Assembly: GCA_964645915.1 (NCBI GenBank)
Contig: CAZYDH010000009.1
Coordinates: forward strand, 1 to 58,683
Source: an uncultured bacterium
GTDB taxonomy: Bacteria; Fidelibacterota; Marinisomatia; Marinisomatales; JACNKV01
DNA length: 58,683 bases
Direction of reading: 5' to 3'
Positions 1 through 10,263 of this stretch are shown piece after piece. Made by a program: the position numbers and the translations under genes. The number at the start of each line of letters is the position of its first letter. Positions within the stretch are counted from its first letter, which is position 1. Under the pieces are notes generated by a model that was not told the origin of the DNA, ran no database searches, and was given only the letters and a program-made list of their open reading frames with translations.

Positions 1-62
1 GTAATGGTGACATCTGCAAAGACTATCGAAAACATACATAGAATAAAAATGTATAGTTTCAT
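1..62 (-). CDS. 5' fragment of a secreted protein (runs off the window edge)
   Basis: Not in ORF track. ATG at 62 with AGGAG upstream; reads MKLYIFILCMFSIVFA-DVTI, a Sec signal peptide-like start. Confidence 0.7.
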   Translation of the reverse strand, partial: MKLYIFILCMFSIVFADVTI

Positions 63-71
63 TCTAATCTC

Positions 72-1085
72 CTAATTATCTGAAACATGGTAAATCAAAT
101 TTTTCTCTACTCTTCGATCCAAAGGGATATTAGTCAGCCACCGCTGGAGTTTAACAAAATCACCACTTTCCCCGGATAAAACCTCAATTGATGTGCCGAT
201 CTTTGGCAAGGTATCTATCATCTCTACCGAATCTTTCACACAGACGATATAGACTGATTCAGTAGTCAATTGTTGACCGGGTAATACGCCTACCATAAAT
301 TTGATATATTGTCTATATCTGTCATCCGGTATTTTTAAAATATCACCCTCTTCAACATAATTTTCCTTTAGATACTCATTGGGAAACATAAGCATAGCAT
401 TATGATCTGCCATCAAATTAAAAATATAAACATAGCAATCTTTACTTGGTTGAACGGTAAATATTAGTTCATCCCCTTGCTTTAGCATATTATTTTCAAT
501 GACTACATCAACATAAAACCCGGGATCACGCTGCCCACTTACCGGTTCTACATACGCTCTGAGTTTCATAGTCTTTTCATAGCCATTCTTAATCTCTCTA
601 GGAAATTCATCCATTAATATTTTTTCAGCGGTAATTACACCAGATACCGTACTTTTGAAAAACCCTGACCAAGTTGACTGTTCATTTGCTACTCCGTTTG
701 ATTCACTCATCATATCAGTTAACAGAGATGTGACTTCAACGGTGTGAGGTATTTTTCTTTTCACGGCTTCATTCCGTAGAAATTGAAGAAGTTCTTTTCT
801 GGCTTGAGCAAATGGAACTTCATCGTTAAAGGGCATCGTTTGTTCAACAACAACCCAACCGGGTTCACCCGTACGAACTTCTGTTATTTCAATATCAGAG
901 GGTTCGGTTAATATCATTATATCCGTATTATTCCCCATTGATTGTACAGGATTGCTTTCTCCCATTTCATTAAAAGCCTGTTCAGCGACATCTTGTGCTT
1001 CACTTGGTTCGGGTGACGGTTGAGTAGACTTAGTCCCACCGCAAGCGAATAATACTACCATTAGAAATATTAGTAAGTATCTCAT
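72..1085 (-). CDS. Lipoprotein with C-terminal DUF4384-like domain
   Basis: Lipobox VLFAC; C-terminal GDELIFTVQPSKDCYVYIFNL...MFPN pattern typical of DUF4384. Confidence 0.7.
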   Translation of the reverse strand: MRYLLIFLMVVLFACGGTKSTQPSPEPSEAQDVAEQAFNEMGESNPVQSMGNNTDIMILTEPSDIEITEVRTGEPGWVVVEQTMPFNDEVPFAQARKELLQFLRNEAVKRKIPHTVEVTSLLTDMMSESNGVANEQSTWSGFFKSTVSGVITAEKILMDEFPREIKNGYEKTMKLRAYVEPVSGQRDPGFYVDVVIENNMLKQGDELIFTVQPSKDCYVYIFNLMADHNAMLMFPNEYLKENYVEEGDILKIPDDRYRQYIKFMVGVLPGQQLTTESVYIVCVKDSVEMIDTLPKIGTSIEVLSGESGDFVKLQRWLTNIPLDRRVEKNLIYHVSDN

Positions 1086-1199
1086 ATTTTTTCCGGTCTG
1101 GTAAAACTATGTGTTATAGCATCAATCAGTAATAGTAAGTCAGTGAACACACTGAATCAACCTAACACACAACTTAGATTTAGTAATGATCTGTTTAAT

Positions 1200-1730
1200 C
1201 TAATTCCCTGATGTTTTTTCTTCTAATCTGCCAAATGCCTGAGTCGCCTTGAATTCATTATAGAGGGCTTCTTCTCTTTTGATGGAATTGATCAGATTTT
1301 TATTTACGTTTTCTTTAGAGTAGGATACACGAACGTAAACGGTTCCGTCTTTCGCTTTAAAATATTTATCGGGGATAGCTCCTTCAAGTACATTGTTAGA
1401 AATTGCAACGGTTGTATTCTCAGAGAACTCTAGAGCTTGAGCATTCTCACCCAACCCGGACTCTTGCATAAAATCACGGATTTCATTCTTCACATTAGAC
1501 TTGACTTGATTGGATATATCATCTTTTGCACGTTGAGTCGCAGTTTTTTGTGCAAGACTCGGGTTTTGCTTTTTTGCCTGCCCAAATGCATAATAGTGTG
1601 TTTCTGATGCCGCAGGACTAAACCACCATTCTGGTGCGTCTGTTTTTGTTTCTTCAGTACTTCCCGATCTGGTTGAAGCACATCCGACAAGCAGTATGAT
1701 CGCTGTGGTTATGAGTATGATTTTCTTCAT
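1200..1730 (-). CDS. LPP20-family lipoprotein
   Basis: Lipobox LLVGC; PEWW...YYAFGQAK...LAQKTATQRAKDDIS pattern; RBS AAGGAG. Confidence 0.75.
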   Translation of the reverse strand: MKKIILITTAIILLVGCASTRSGSTEETKTDAPEWWFSPAASETHYYAFGQAKKQNPSLAQKTATQRAKDDISNQVKSNVKNEIRDFMQESGLGENAQALEFSENTTVAISNNVLEGAIPDKYFKAKDGTVYVRVSYSKENVNKNLINSIKREEALYNEFKATQAFGRLEEKTSGN

Positions 1731-2134
1731 TTTTGTCTCCTTTTGTGTTTACTTATATTGTATGCAAATTCTTATAATATTTCATTAAAGGTTATAACAA
1801 TCCGTTGGGTTCGCAAGGAACCATAAGATATAATCATTGTCAGGATATTATTAAAATCGATCATTTTTTTTATTGTAGTAAAGAGATTACAACGCGGTAA
1901 AAAAACTGCATTCTCGGCTAAATGCACGGTACGTTGAAATTTAGATCGATCAAACAACTTATCCTGTTAAATAGCTAAATGAATAAAAATCAACGAAAAT
2001 ATAATATCGATTATTAATATTTATCAATAAAAAAGCTTATCCTTAATTATTTAAAGCTGGCAGTATTCCAATTATTGGCGGGATCATTTTTGTAGGGTTA
2101 ATTAAAAATTTTATTTACCACTCACTAATTAGAT

Positions 2135-3415
2135 TTACTGATATAAATAATATTTCTTAGATATATTTTTAAATGCTTTAACATCTTTATCGAACAAAGT
2201 ACTTATATCGTTATAGCGATAAATTTTTTGGAACGTTTTTCTTATTTTATCGCTTCCCATTACTTTATCGAACATTTTAATTCGAGATTCTTTCGCTAAT
2301 TTAAACGGTTTTTTATCCGGATAGAGTTCATTATGTACTTCCATGAATAAAAATTGAATTCCCAATAAATCCGCTTTAGATGCGTTATCATAGTGGATTT
2401 GCACACCACCAAGATATGTTCCGTTTCCAAATCCGTAATAAGGTTTATATGAAACCGATCTAAAAACCACACCATCCAAACCGAGTTTATTCATCTTATC
2501 TGCAAGCAGATCGCCATCGATCCAAGAAGCACCTATCATTTTAAAAGGTAACGTATATCCCACACCATTTGAGAAAACACCTAATTCTCCAAGGATACCG
2601 GTACTGGCATAATAAAACGGAGTGTCATCTTGTGGAATATGCGGAGAAGTTGGAATCCATGGTAGTCCGGTTTCCCGAAAGATCATCGACCGTTTCCATC
2701 CAACCATGGGAATAACCGTCAGATCACAAGACAAACCATTCGATAGCATATTCTCATTATTTAATAAATTGGCTAATTCGCCTACTGTTAGACCGTATAC
2801 ATAGGGAATATTAAACTGTCCGACAAATGAACGGAACTCATCCTCTAAGATATTACCTGAGACATAGTTTCCTCCGAGTGGATTGGGTCGATCAAGAACG
2901 ATCATTTTAATCTTTTCCTCTGCAGCAGCTTCCATACATAATCCCATTGTGCTGATATACGTATAAGAACGACATCCAATGTCTTGAATATCAAAAACAA
3001 GAACATCGATTTTCTTCAACATTAATTTTGTGGGTTTTCTTGTCTCTCCATAGAGTGGATAAACCGGTAGTCTCGTTTTCTTATCCGTATAAAATCGAAT
3101 TAATTCTCCCGCTCCTCGATCTCCGCGCACACCATGTTCAGGACCGAACAATGCCACTAAATTTACTTCCTCAGCTTCATTTAGAATATCGATCGTAGAG
3201 CGAAAATTACGATCTATCCCGGTTGCATTGGTTATCAATCCAACACGCTTGTTTTTTAACCCTTCAAAATTTTGCTCGACAAGAACTTCGATTCCGGATT
3301 TAACTACAGCTTCATGTGAGGGTTTACACTGTGAATGTGGTTTTAATAGTGGTGGGTGTGAACAACTTATAAGAAAAAGCATCACGCTTAATCCGATTAA
3401 TATCTGTTTTTTCAT
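2135..3415 (-). CDS. namZ: Exo-beta-N-acetylmuramidase NamZ (DUF1343/YbbC family), lipoprotein
   Basis: GLITNATG, LFGPEHGVRG, FDIQDIGCRSYTY, VLDRPNPLGG and WIPTSPHIP motifs; lipobox LISC. Confidence 0.9.
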   Translation of the reverse strand: MKKQILIGLSVMLFLISCSHPPLLKPHSQCKPSHEAVVKSGIEVLVEQNFEGLKNKRVGLITNATGIDRNFRSTIDILNEAEEVNLVALFGPEHGVRGDRGAGELIRFYTDKKTRLPVYPLYGETRKPTKLMLKKIDVLVFDIQDIGCRSYTYISTMGLCMEAAAEEKIKMIVLDRPNPLGGNYVSGNILEDEFRSFVGQFNIPYVYGLTVGELANLLNNENMLSNGLSCDLTVIPMVGWKRSMIFRETGLPWIPTSPHIPQDDTPFYYASTGILGELGVFSNGVGYTLPFKMIGASWIDGDLLADKMNKLGLDGVVFRSVSYKPYYGFGNGTYLGGVQIHYDNASKADLLGIQFLFMEVHNELYPDKKPFKLAKESRIKMFDKVMGSDKIRKTFQKIYRYNDISTLFDKDVKAFKNISKKYYLYQ

Positions 3416-3576
3416 GAATCTCCTGTTTTCGGCGTTTATTCGAAAAGAAATTACTTCATTTATCTTTATTCATTAATACTATTTTTCAACTCAAAGCCTT
3501 CCTATATTTTCATAAGCAATTAGTAGACTTTTATTCCTAAAATACTTAACTACATTCATCATCATTTGAAAACTAC

Positions 3577-5106
3577 ATGAATCCTAAAACAACAATTATT
3601 TTTCATATTTCGAAAGAACACTCGCAATCCTTAATAGAAACTTCGAGATTGAAAGCTCAAATCAAAAGGCTGAAAAATCATCATTTAATTGCTATAGCAG
3701 ATCATTCTATCAATCAAGACTTTCATGATATAGAGCTGATTGAATCGAAAAATCAATCTTATCCAGAGTTATGGAATAACGCCCTTTCCCGAGTTTCTAC
3801 CCCTACTTTTATTTATATTGATAATCGAAATGTATCTATTACTCTCGCTAAATCATCTATTGATCTTTTCACAATCGCAAAATCTCGTCATTCTAGAGCA
3901 GGAATGATATATGCCGATTATAAGGATAAAGAACGAGAAATCCATCTTTTGCACCACCATAAAGGAAGATTAAGGGATAATCAAGATTATGGTAAGGTTT
4001 TTCTTTTTGATACTGAAATAGTGCATAGTATCGGTGGTTTTGATACAAATTTAAATTTTAATCACTTATACGACTTAAGATTAAAATTATCTGAAATATC
4101 AACAATTCATTTAGTATCAAATAAATTTGGAGGAAGTCTTTATACTACTCATACATCCAATGAGGAAACAAATGTGTTTGATTACCTTATATCGAATAAG
4201 GATCAACAACTTGAAGCCGAGACAATTCTTACAAATCATTTAGATAGGATCCAGGCAAAACTACATTCAAATCAGCATTTTGATGTTGCTCCAAAAGATT
4301 CTTTAGATTTGATCGCATCCGTCATAATACCGGTCAATAATCGTCCAGGTTTTATAGGAACTGCAATTGAAAGTGTTCAACAACAAACTAGATCGGATAT
4401 AGAGGTTATCATTATTGTCAATGGTGGAAAAAATGATCCAACTATTCCTATTGTAAAAAATTATCAACCTGGTGGAAAATACTATCATCCTCAGAAACCT
4501 AAAGTACGGTTATTAATTACTGATATTAATAATATCGGTTTTTGTATCAACTTAGGTGTAAAACATGCGAAAGGAACTTATTACGTTCAATTAGATTCGG
4601 ATGATCGTTTAAAATCCAATGCAATTGAATCAATAGTGAATGTCTTTGAAACTGATCCGACAATCGGACTTGTTATCGGTTCATATGAAGTTTGGGAGAA
4701 ACAAGATTCTGGTCAACTGGTTCGCATGGATAAACTCCCAGTCGTAACTCATGATGAATGGACGGATGATAATGGACGAAATAATTTATTAAGAATAAAC
4801 GGTGCAGGTGCACCACGATCTATTCCGATAAAATTGATTAAAGAAATTGGGTGGTTTGGAGTAAATGATGAACCATTTTCATTAAATTATGGCGAAGATT
4901 ATGATATGGTTCTTCGAATAAGTGAAAAGTATAAAGTTGGTCGTATTTATCAACCCATTTATGAGGTTGTTAGACATTCCGGTGGAACTGATCACACTAT
5001 AAATCAATCTGTAATTGACAGAAATGATGAAGCTAAAGATTGGATGCGGCTTCAAGCTTTAAACCGACGCATCGAGATGAATAATTCAGATAAGATTATC
5101 AACTAG
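3577..5106 (+). CDS. Glycosyltransferase family 2 protein (degenerate N-terminal domain plus GT2 domain)
   Basis: SVIIPVNNR, QLDSDD (DxD), NYGEDY; HDEWTDDNGRNNLLRINGAGAPR segment resembles the SpoIID-linked GT2 of FCB bacteria. Confidence 0.85.
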   Translation: MNPKTTIIFHISKEHSQSLIETSRLKAQIKRLKNHHLIAIADHSINQDFHDIELIESKNQSYPELWNNALSRVSTPTFIYIDNRNVSITLAKSSIDLFTIAKSRHSRAGMIYADYKDKEREIHLLHHHKGRLRDNQDYGKVFLFDTEIVHSIGGFDTNLNFNHLYDLRLKLSEISTIHLVSNKFGGSLYTTHTSNEETNVFDYLISNKDQQLEAETILTNHLDRIQAKLHSNQHFDVAPKDSLDLIASVIIPVNNRPGFIGTAIESVQQQTRSDIEVIIIVNGGKNDPTIPIVKNYQPGGKYYHPQKPKVRLLITDINNIGFCINLGVKHAKGTYYVQLDSDDRLKSNAIESIVNVFETDPTIGLVIGSYEVWEKQDSGQLVRMDKLPVVTHDEWTDDNGRNNLLRINGAGAPRSIPIKLIKEIGWFGVNDEPFSLNYGEDYDMVLRISEKYKVGRIYQPIYEVVRHSGGTDHTINQSVIDRNDEAKDWMRLQALNRRIEMNNSDKIIN

Positions 5107-5126
5107 AGTGGATACTAAATAATTAA

Positions 5127-6326
5127 ATGAACATTATCGGAGTTGACGGAGGAGCTACTAAAGTCCATGCAGGACTCATTGATGCAAATCCTGATCAAAC
5201 ATTTACTTTAACTCATCTGCAATCGAAACGATATTATCAGGATTATCCTGAATTTGATTCTAGTTTTACTCCTGTAGGTATTGAAATTCAATTAAATGAA
5301 AATAAAAATGATAAAGTATATCCTACGGTACCCGAAGTAAACCAAAGTAAAGCTTACATTCGAGCAATCGCCGATGTAATCAAGGATTTACATATTCAAT
5401 TAAATAACATAATCCCTATTGTCGGGATTGGTATGCCCGGTTTGAAAACTTCAGATCAACGAGGTATTTCTGTTTTAGCAAATGGACCCAGAATGCCAGG
5501 ATTATTGGATGATCTTCAGATATTATTAACAGACTACGGTATCCAACTCAAACACCCAATCTTGCACTTAGGAAGTGATGCTGATCATTGTGGTTTAGGG
5601 GAAGAATATGGAAATAATGGTTTATTCAAATCTGTAAAAAATGCATACTATATAGGAGGAGGAACCGGAATTGCAGATGCATTAAAACTCAATAATAAAC
5701 TCATTCCATTTGATGAAGCGAAAGAATGGATTGCCAAAACTTGGGAGTTGAAAGGTGAAAATAATCTTTCTCTGGAGAAATATATTTCAGGAAGTGGGAT
5801 TCAATCAATCTACAGTCAACTAACTAACATTCCATTGAATGACCTCGCTAAGGAAAAAATCTACCCTGATTCCATTTTTGAACTAGCAATAAATGGTGAC
5901 CCAAATGCGACAGAGACCTTTCATATTGTTGCAACAAATCTCGCAAACCTGATCTATGAACGAATTACTACCCTCTATTGCGGATGGCAATCACTCTTTG
6001 AATTTGTGAATAACAAAAAGAAACCTTTAAATAAAAAGCATCCATTTTTAAAAAACATATTTGATCATATAGTTATCGGGCAACGTTTAGGAGATGTGAT
6101 AAATCGATCAAGAGATTCTCACATTCTTTGGAAACCATTTCTAACTGAGTTAACCCAGTTGATCATTAAAGGTGATATATCAGATGAATTGAAAGAAAGA
6201 TACATCTCAAATGGTAATATTCGAGAAAGCATATTTCGCATTTCTAATTTAAAAGAAGCCCCGGTCCTTGGGGCGGGAATAAGTGCTTATTTAGATCATG
6301 ATATGTATGGAATTATTTCTAAATGA
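5127..6326 (+). CDS. Divergent ROK-family sugar kinase
   Basis: IGVDGGATKV phosphate loop, GIGMPG, SDADHCGLGE, IGGGTGI, LEKYISG, APVLGA; no HTH and no Cys-rich zinc motif. Confidence 0.75.
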   Translation: MNIIGVDGGATKVHAGLIDANPDQTFTLTHLQSKRYYQDYPEFDSSFTPVGIEIQLNENKNDKVYPTVPEVNQSKAYIRAIADVIKDLHIQLNNIIPIVGIGMPGLKTSDQRGISVLANGPRMPGLLDDLQILLTDYGIQLKHPILHLGSDADHCGLGEEYGNNGLFKSVKNAYYIGGGTGIADALKLNNKLIPFDEAKEWIAKTWELKGENNLSLEKYISGSGIQSIYSQLTNIPLNDLAKEKIYPDSIFELAINGDPNATETFHIVATNLANLIYERITTLYCGWQSLFEFVNNKKKPLNKKHPFLKNIFDHIVIGQRLGDVINRSRDSHILWKPFLTELTQLIIKGDISDELKERYISNGNIRESIFRISNLKEAPVLGAGISAYLDHDMYGIISK

Positions 6327-7621
6327 AAAATATTCTCAAATATGTAAAAGTGGGCATTGTTTTACCAGAGGATCAACAAACATCTCTACAATTATCATTT
6401 AGTAATACTGAAAATTATTATATTGAAAAATCCGAAAATATTTCTATCAATAATGAGATCGAAATTAACGTAATAAGAGGGCAAATATTCGTCGAGGGAA
6501 ATTCTTACAATGATTTTTTAATCCGTCTTAAACGTGATATTCAAGAATCTACATCATTTATCAATGTTTCTCCAGTAACAGCAGGGCGTGGATTTCACTG
6601 GCAAAAAAAGATTTCTGCAAAATATTCTGGTGATATTAAGATAAAAATTAAAGATGGATATTTACTCGTCATAAATTATGTTTCAATTGAGGAATATTTG
6701 AAGAGCGTTGTTGTTTCAGAGATGAGTGAAAACTGTCCCCCAGCATTTGTTGAAGCGCAGATGATCGCAGCTCGCTCTTGGTTCTTGGCCTCTGTCGAGG
6801 AGAAACATCTAGAACTTGGAATAGATGTATGTAATGATGATTGTTGTCAACGATATCAAGGGAAACGATCGCTACCGAATAATTTCACTCAATTGATGGA
6901 TAATACTGCCGGAAAAGTGTTAATGTATAATAATGAAATATGTGATGCACGATATTCTAAATCCTGTGGGGGTATGACAGAATCTTTTGAGAATGTTTGG
7001 AATGAATCACCGCATAAATATCTTAATAATCATCCGGATATTCAACCACATACTAAATCAAAAATGCTTCCAATTGATATCGAACAAAATGCAGAAAAAT
7101 GGATCACTTCTTCACCACAATCTTTTTGTAGTTTTAAAACTGTACCCGAAAAAGATATACCAACTTATCTAGGAAAAGTAGATAAACATAAATCCTATTA
7201 CCGATGGGATATAACCTATTCGCAACATGATATATCTACACTATTATCCAATAAGTTAAATATATTAGCTAAAGTGATACTTGATATTGTTCCTTTAAAG
7301 CGTGGTGGCTCATCTCGAATCATTTTATTAGAAATAAAATATCTAGACAACAACGATAAAATGATAAAGGTTCGTGTAAAATCCGAATATGAAATTCGTC
7401 GGATTCTTCATCATAATTTTTTATTTAGTTCTGCAATTATTATTAAAAAGAGAAATTTAAAAAATGGTATTCCTGAAGCATTTGATATTTTCGGAGCAGG
7501 CTGGGGACATGGAGTTGGACTATGTCAGATTGGAGCATTAGGAATGGCACTAAAAAACTATTCTTCAGAAGATATATTAAATCATTATTATCCCGGGACG
7601 AAAATAGAGCAATTATACTAG
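6323..7621 (+). CDS. SpoIID/LytB-domain protein (lytic transglycosylase-like)
   Basis: EEYLKSVVVSEM, AQMIAARS, CQRYQG, YSKSCGG, GAGWGHGVGLCQIGA, ILNHYYPG. Confidence 0.9.
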   Translation: MKNILKYVKVGIVLPEDQQTSLQLSFSNTENYYIEKSENISINNEIEINVIRGQIFVEGNSYNDFLIRLKRDIQESTSFINVSPVTAGRGFHWQKKISAKYSGDIKIKIKDGYLLVINYVSIEEYLKSVVVSEMSENCPPAFVEAQMIAARSWFLASVEEKHLELGIDVCNDDCCQRYQGKRSLPNNFTQLMDNTAGKVLMYNNEICDARYSKSCGGMTESFENVWNESPHKYLNNHPDIQPHTKSKMLPIDIEQNAEKWITSSPQSFCSFKTVPEKDIPTYLGKVDKHKSYYRWDITYSQHDISTLLSNKLNILAKVILDIVPLKRGGSSRIILLEIKYLDNNDKMIKVRVKSEYEIRRILHHNFLFSSAIIIKKRNLKNGIPEAFDIFGAGWGHGVGLCQIGALGMALKNYSSEDILNHYYPGTKIEQLY

Positions 7622-7643
7622 GGATTTAAGGAAGGAACGTTAA

Positions 7644-9518
7644 ATGGATCTTGTCTTCATCGATTGGTTAATCATCATTTCATATATATTATTCTCCTTA
7701 GGAGTTGGGATTTATTTTGCTAAACGAGCCGGAAAAAGCACCAATGAATTTTTTCTAGCCGGCAGGACACTTCCTTGGTGGATCGTCGGGACATCCATGG
7801 TGGCAACTACTTTTGCTGCGGATACTCCCCTTGCGATCACAGAATTTGTTCGAGGTTCCGGCATTTGGCAAAATTGGTTTTGGTGGAATCAAATCCTTAT
7901 AGGATTATTAGGTGTATTTCTATTTTCTCGATTATGGAGACGTGCGAGAGTTCTCACCGATAATGAATTATTAGAAATTCGGTACGGTGGAAAACCAGCC
8001 GCTATTTTACGAGGATTTAAAGCCACATATTACTCTATCCTATATAATTTTATTGTGATGGGTTGGGTCATCAATGCAATGGCATCCGTCGCTGCAATTA
8101 TGTTGAATATCGATCGTTGGGTTGCCGTTTGGATCTTGGTAGCGGTAGCTTTGATCTATGCTTTATTATCCGGTTTCTGGGGAGTTGTGGTTACCGATCT
8201 TGTTCAGTTTTCTATTGCAATGTTTGGTTCAATTGCTCTGGCAGTAATAGCGGTAAATACATTTGGTGGCATGGAATCTATTATCGAAAAAATAAATACT
8301 CTCTCACTAGTTAAAGATTCAACTATACCGTCAAACACATTAAAATTTATTCCACCAGTTCCCGATGCGGAGTTTTTCAGTCTTGCTTTTTGGAAATCTC
8401 CATTTTCAAAATTTTTAGTATTTATCTCAGTCATGTGGTGGTCTACTCATAATACAGATGGTGGCGGATATATCATACAGCGAATGTCCTCAGCAAAAAA
8501 TGAGAAACATGCTTTAATGGCTACGTTGTGGTACAACCTTATGCATTACGCATTTCGTGTTTGGCCATGGATCATTGTTGCAATGGTTTCAATGATTGCT
8601 TTCCCAATTATCCCCGAATCCTTCTCCGAGATGGGATCAAAAGCAGGATACCCACTTGTGATGCAAAAAGTCTTAGGACCGGGTTTAAAAGGAATTTTAG
8701 TGGTCTCTTTTTTAGCAGCATTTATGTCAACGATCGACACTCATCTTAACTGGGGAACTTCTTATTTAATTAATGATGTCTATAAACGATTCTTTAAACC
8801 AGAAAGTCATTTTACCAATAAAAATGATGCTCAAAAACATTATGTTATCGTCAGCCGATTAATCACGTTGGGAATGATGATATGTGCTGCCTTTTTTGCC
8901 ATCAAAATGCAAAGCGTCTCAAAAGCTTGGGAATTTGTATTTGCGATGGGTGCCGGAATTGGTCTTGTTTTGATCTTACGCTGGTTCTGGTGGCGGATTA
9001 ATGCCTGGTCGGAGATCACTGCATTACTCACTTCTATAGCTATTACTCTGGGATTAGAATTAACAGCAGCCATACAAACATTTCAAGCCGAACTTCCTTA
9101 TACACTTTTTGGAAGAGCTCCTATCCTTTTTGGACTCCCATTGCAGGTTCACCACAAAATACTCATTATTGTGCCAATTTCGGTGATTGCTTGGTTAACG
9201 GTAACTTTCTTAACCAAACCGGAGACGAATGAAACTTTAACTCGGTTTTATCAACGGACTCAACCCGGTGGATGGTGGAGTCCCATTTCCTCTCAGATTA
9301 AAACCACAATGCCGGTTGTATCAAAAGGATTCATCTCAAATTGGATCAGCGGTTTAGCCCTTGTTTGGGGAAGTACATTTGCAATCGGACATTTTATCTT
9401 CGGTAATTTCATCATCGGATTTAGTTTATCCATTATTGCAGTAGCAGGATTTTACTGGATTTGGAAATTTAATATATCTTTAATTGATGAAGAAAAACTG
9501 GTGGAAAACTATGAATAA
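7644..9518 (+). CDS. Sodium:solute symporter (SSS family)
   Basis: FFLAGRTLPWW, SMVATTFAADTP, GVVVTDLVQF, AAFMSTIDTHLNWG; many TM helices. Confidence 0.9.
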   Translation: MDLVFIDWLIIISYILFSLGVGIYFAKRAGKSTNEFFLAGRTLPWWIVGTSMVATTFAADTPLAITEFVRGSGIWQNWFWWNQILIGLLGVFLFSRLWRRARVLTDNELLEIRYGGKPAAILRGFKATYYSILYNFIVMGWVINAMASVAAIMLNIDRWVAVWILVAVALIYALLSGFWGVVVTDLVQFSIAMFGSIALAVIAVNTFGGMESIIEKINTLSLVKDSTIPSNTLKFIPPVPDAEFFSLAFWKSPFSKFLVFISVMWWSTHNTDGGGYIIQRMSSAKNEKHALMATLWYNLMHYAFRVWPWIIVAMVSMIAFPIIPESFSEMGSKAGYPLVMQKVLGPGLKGILVVSFLAAFMSTIDTHLNWGTSYLINDVYKRFFKPESHFTNKNDAQKHYVIVSRLITLGMMICAAFFAIKMQSVSKAWEFVFAMGAGIGLVLILRWFWWRINAWSEITALLTSIAITLGLELTAAIQTFQAELPYTLFGRAPILFGLPLQVHHKILIIVPISVIAWLTVTFLTKPETNETLTRFYQRTQPGGWWSPISSQIKTTMPVVSKGFISNWISGLALVWGSTFAIGHFIFGNFIIGFSLSIIAVAGFYWIWKFNISLIDEEKLVENYE

Positions 9519-10263
9519 AACAGTACTTATTACAGGTGCAAGCAGTGGAATTGGGGAAGCATTAGCCTATGCTTATTCAAATCCAACTTCAACTATTGGA
9601 CTTATTTCTCGTCGGAAAGAAGTTTTAGATATAGTCGCAAAGAAATGCAAGGAATTAGGAGCGGAAGTTTATATCTATCCGATTGATATATCTAATCAAG
9701 TCGCTGTCGAAAAAGCTGTTAAAGATTTCTTAAAACAATCCGATCAGATCGATGTAGTTATTGCTAACGCAGGTATTGGAGGAATTGACAATATCGAATG
9801 TGGAGACGCAACAGAAACGAATAATATTCTTTCTACAAATATACTAGGTATTTCTAATGTCGTGATCCCTTGTATTCCAAGTATGATTGAGAATAATGAG
9901 GGTCATGTTGTAATTTTAAGTTCAGTGGCTGGTTTCCGTGGTATGATCAAACATGGAGCATATTCCTCTTCTAAAACTGCTGTTCGAATACTAGGAGATG
10001 GCTGGCGATTTGCTCTTTCGAGAAACAATATTTATGTTACAAATATTTGCCCTGGATTTATTGATACACCATTAGTACAAAAAAATCGATTTAATATGCC
10101 ATTTTTAATGAGCCCGGAAGCAGCAGCTATAAAGATCAAATCTGCGATTGAAAACAAGAAAAAGTGCTATGTTTTTCCGTGGCAGTGGCGATTTTTATTA
10201 CCACTGATCCGGATTATTCCCGATCGATTGATCCAATGGGCTAGTCTCAAGTTCAACTTCTAG
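9511..10263 (+). CDS. Short-chain dehydrogenase/reductase
   Basis: TGASSGIG, ANAG, YSSSK; start moved to ATG 9511 (MNKTVLITG), overlapping the SSS gene end. Confidence 0.9.
   Translation: MNKTVLITGASSGIGEALAYAYSNPTSTIGLISRRKEVLDIVAKKCKELGAEVYIYPIDISNQVAVEKAVKDFLKQSDQIDVVIANAGIGGIDNIECGDATETNNILSTNILGISNVVIPCIPSMIENNEGHVVILSSVAGFRGMIKHGAYSSSKTAVRILGDGWRFALSRNNIYVTNICPGFIDTPLVQKNRFNMPFLMSPEAAAIKIKSAIENKKKCYVFPWQWRFLLPLIRIIPDRLIQWASLKFNF

Noticed and set aside
1731-2134. Riboswitch or ncRNA in the long intergenic region (GGTTC-GCAAG-GAACC mini hairpin)
   Set aside because: Only a 5-bp stem and no recognisable aptamer consensus
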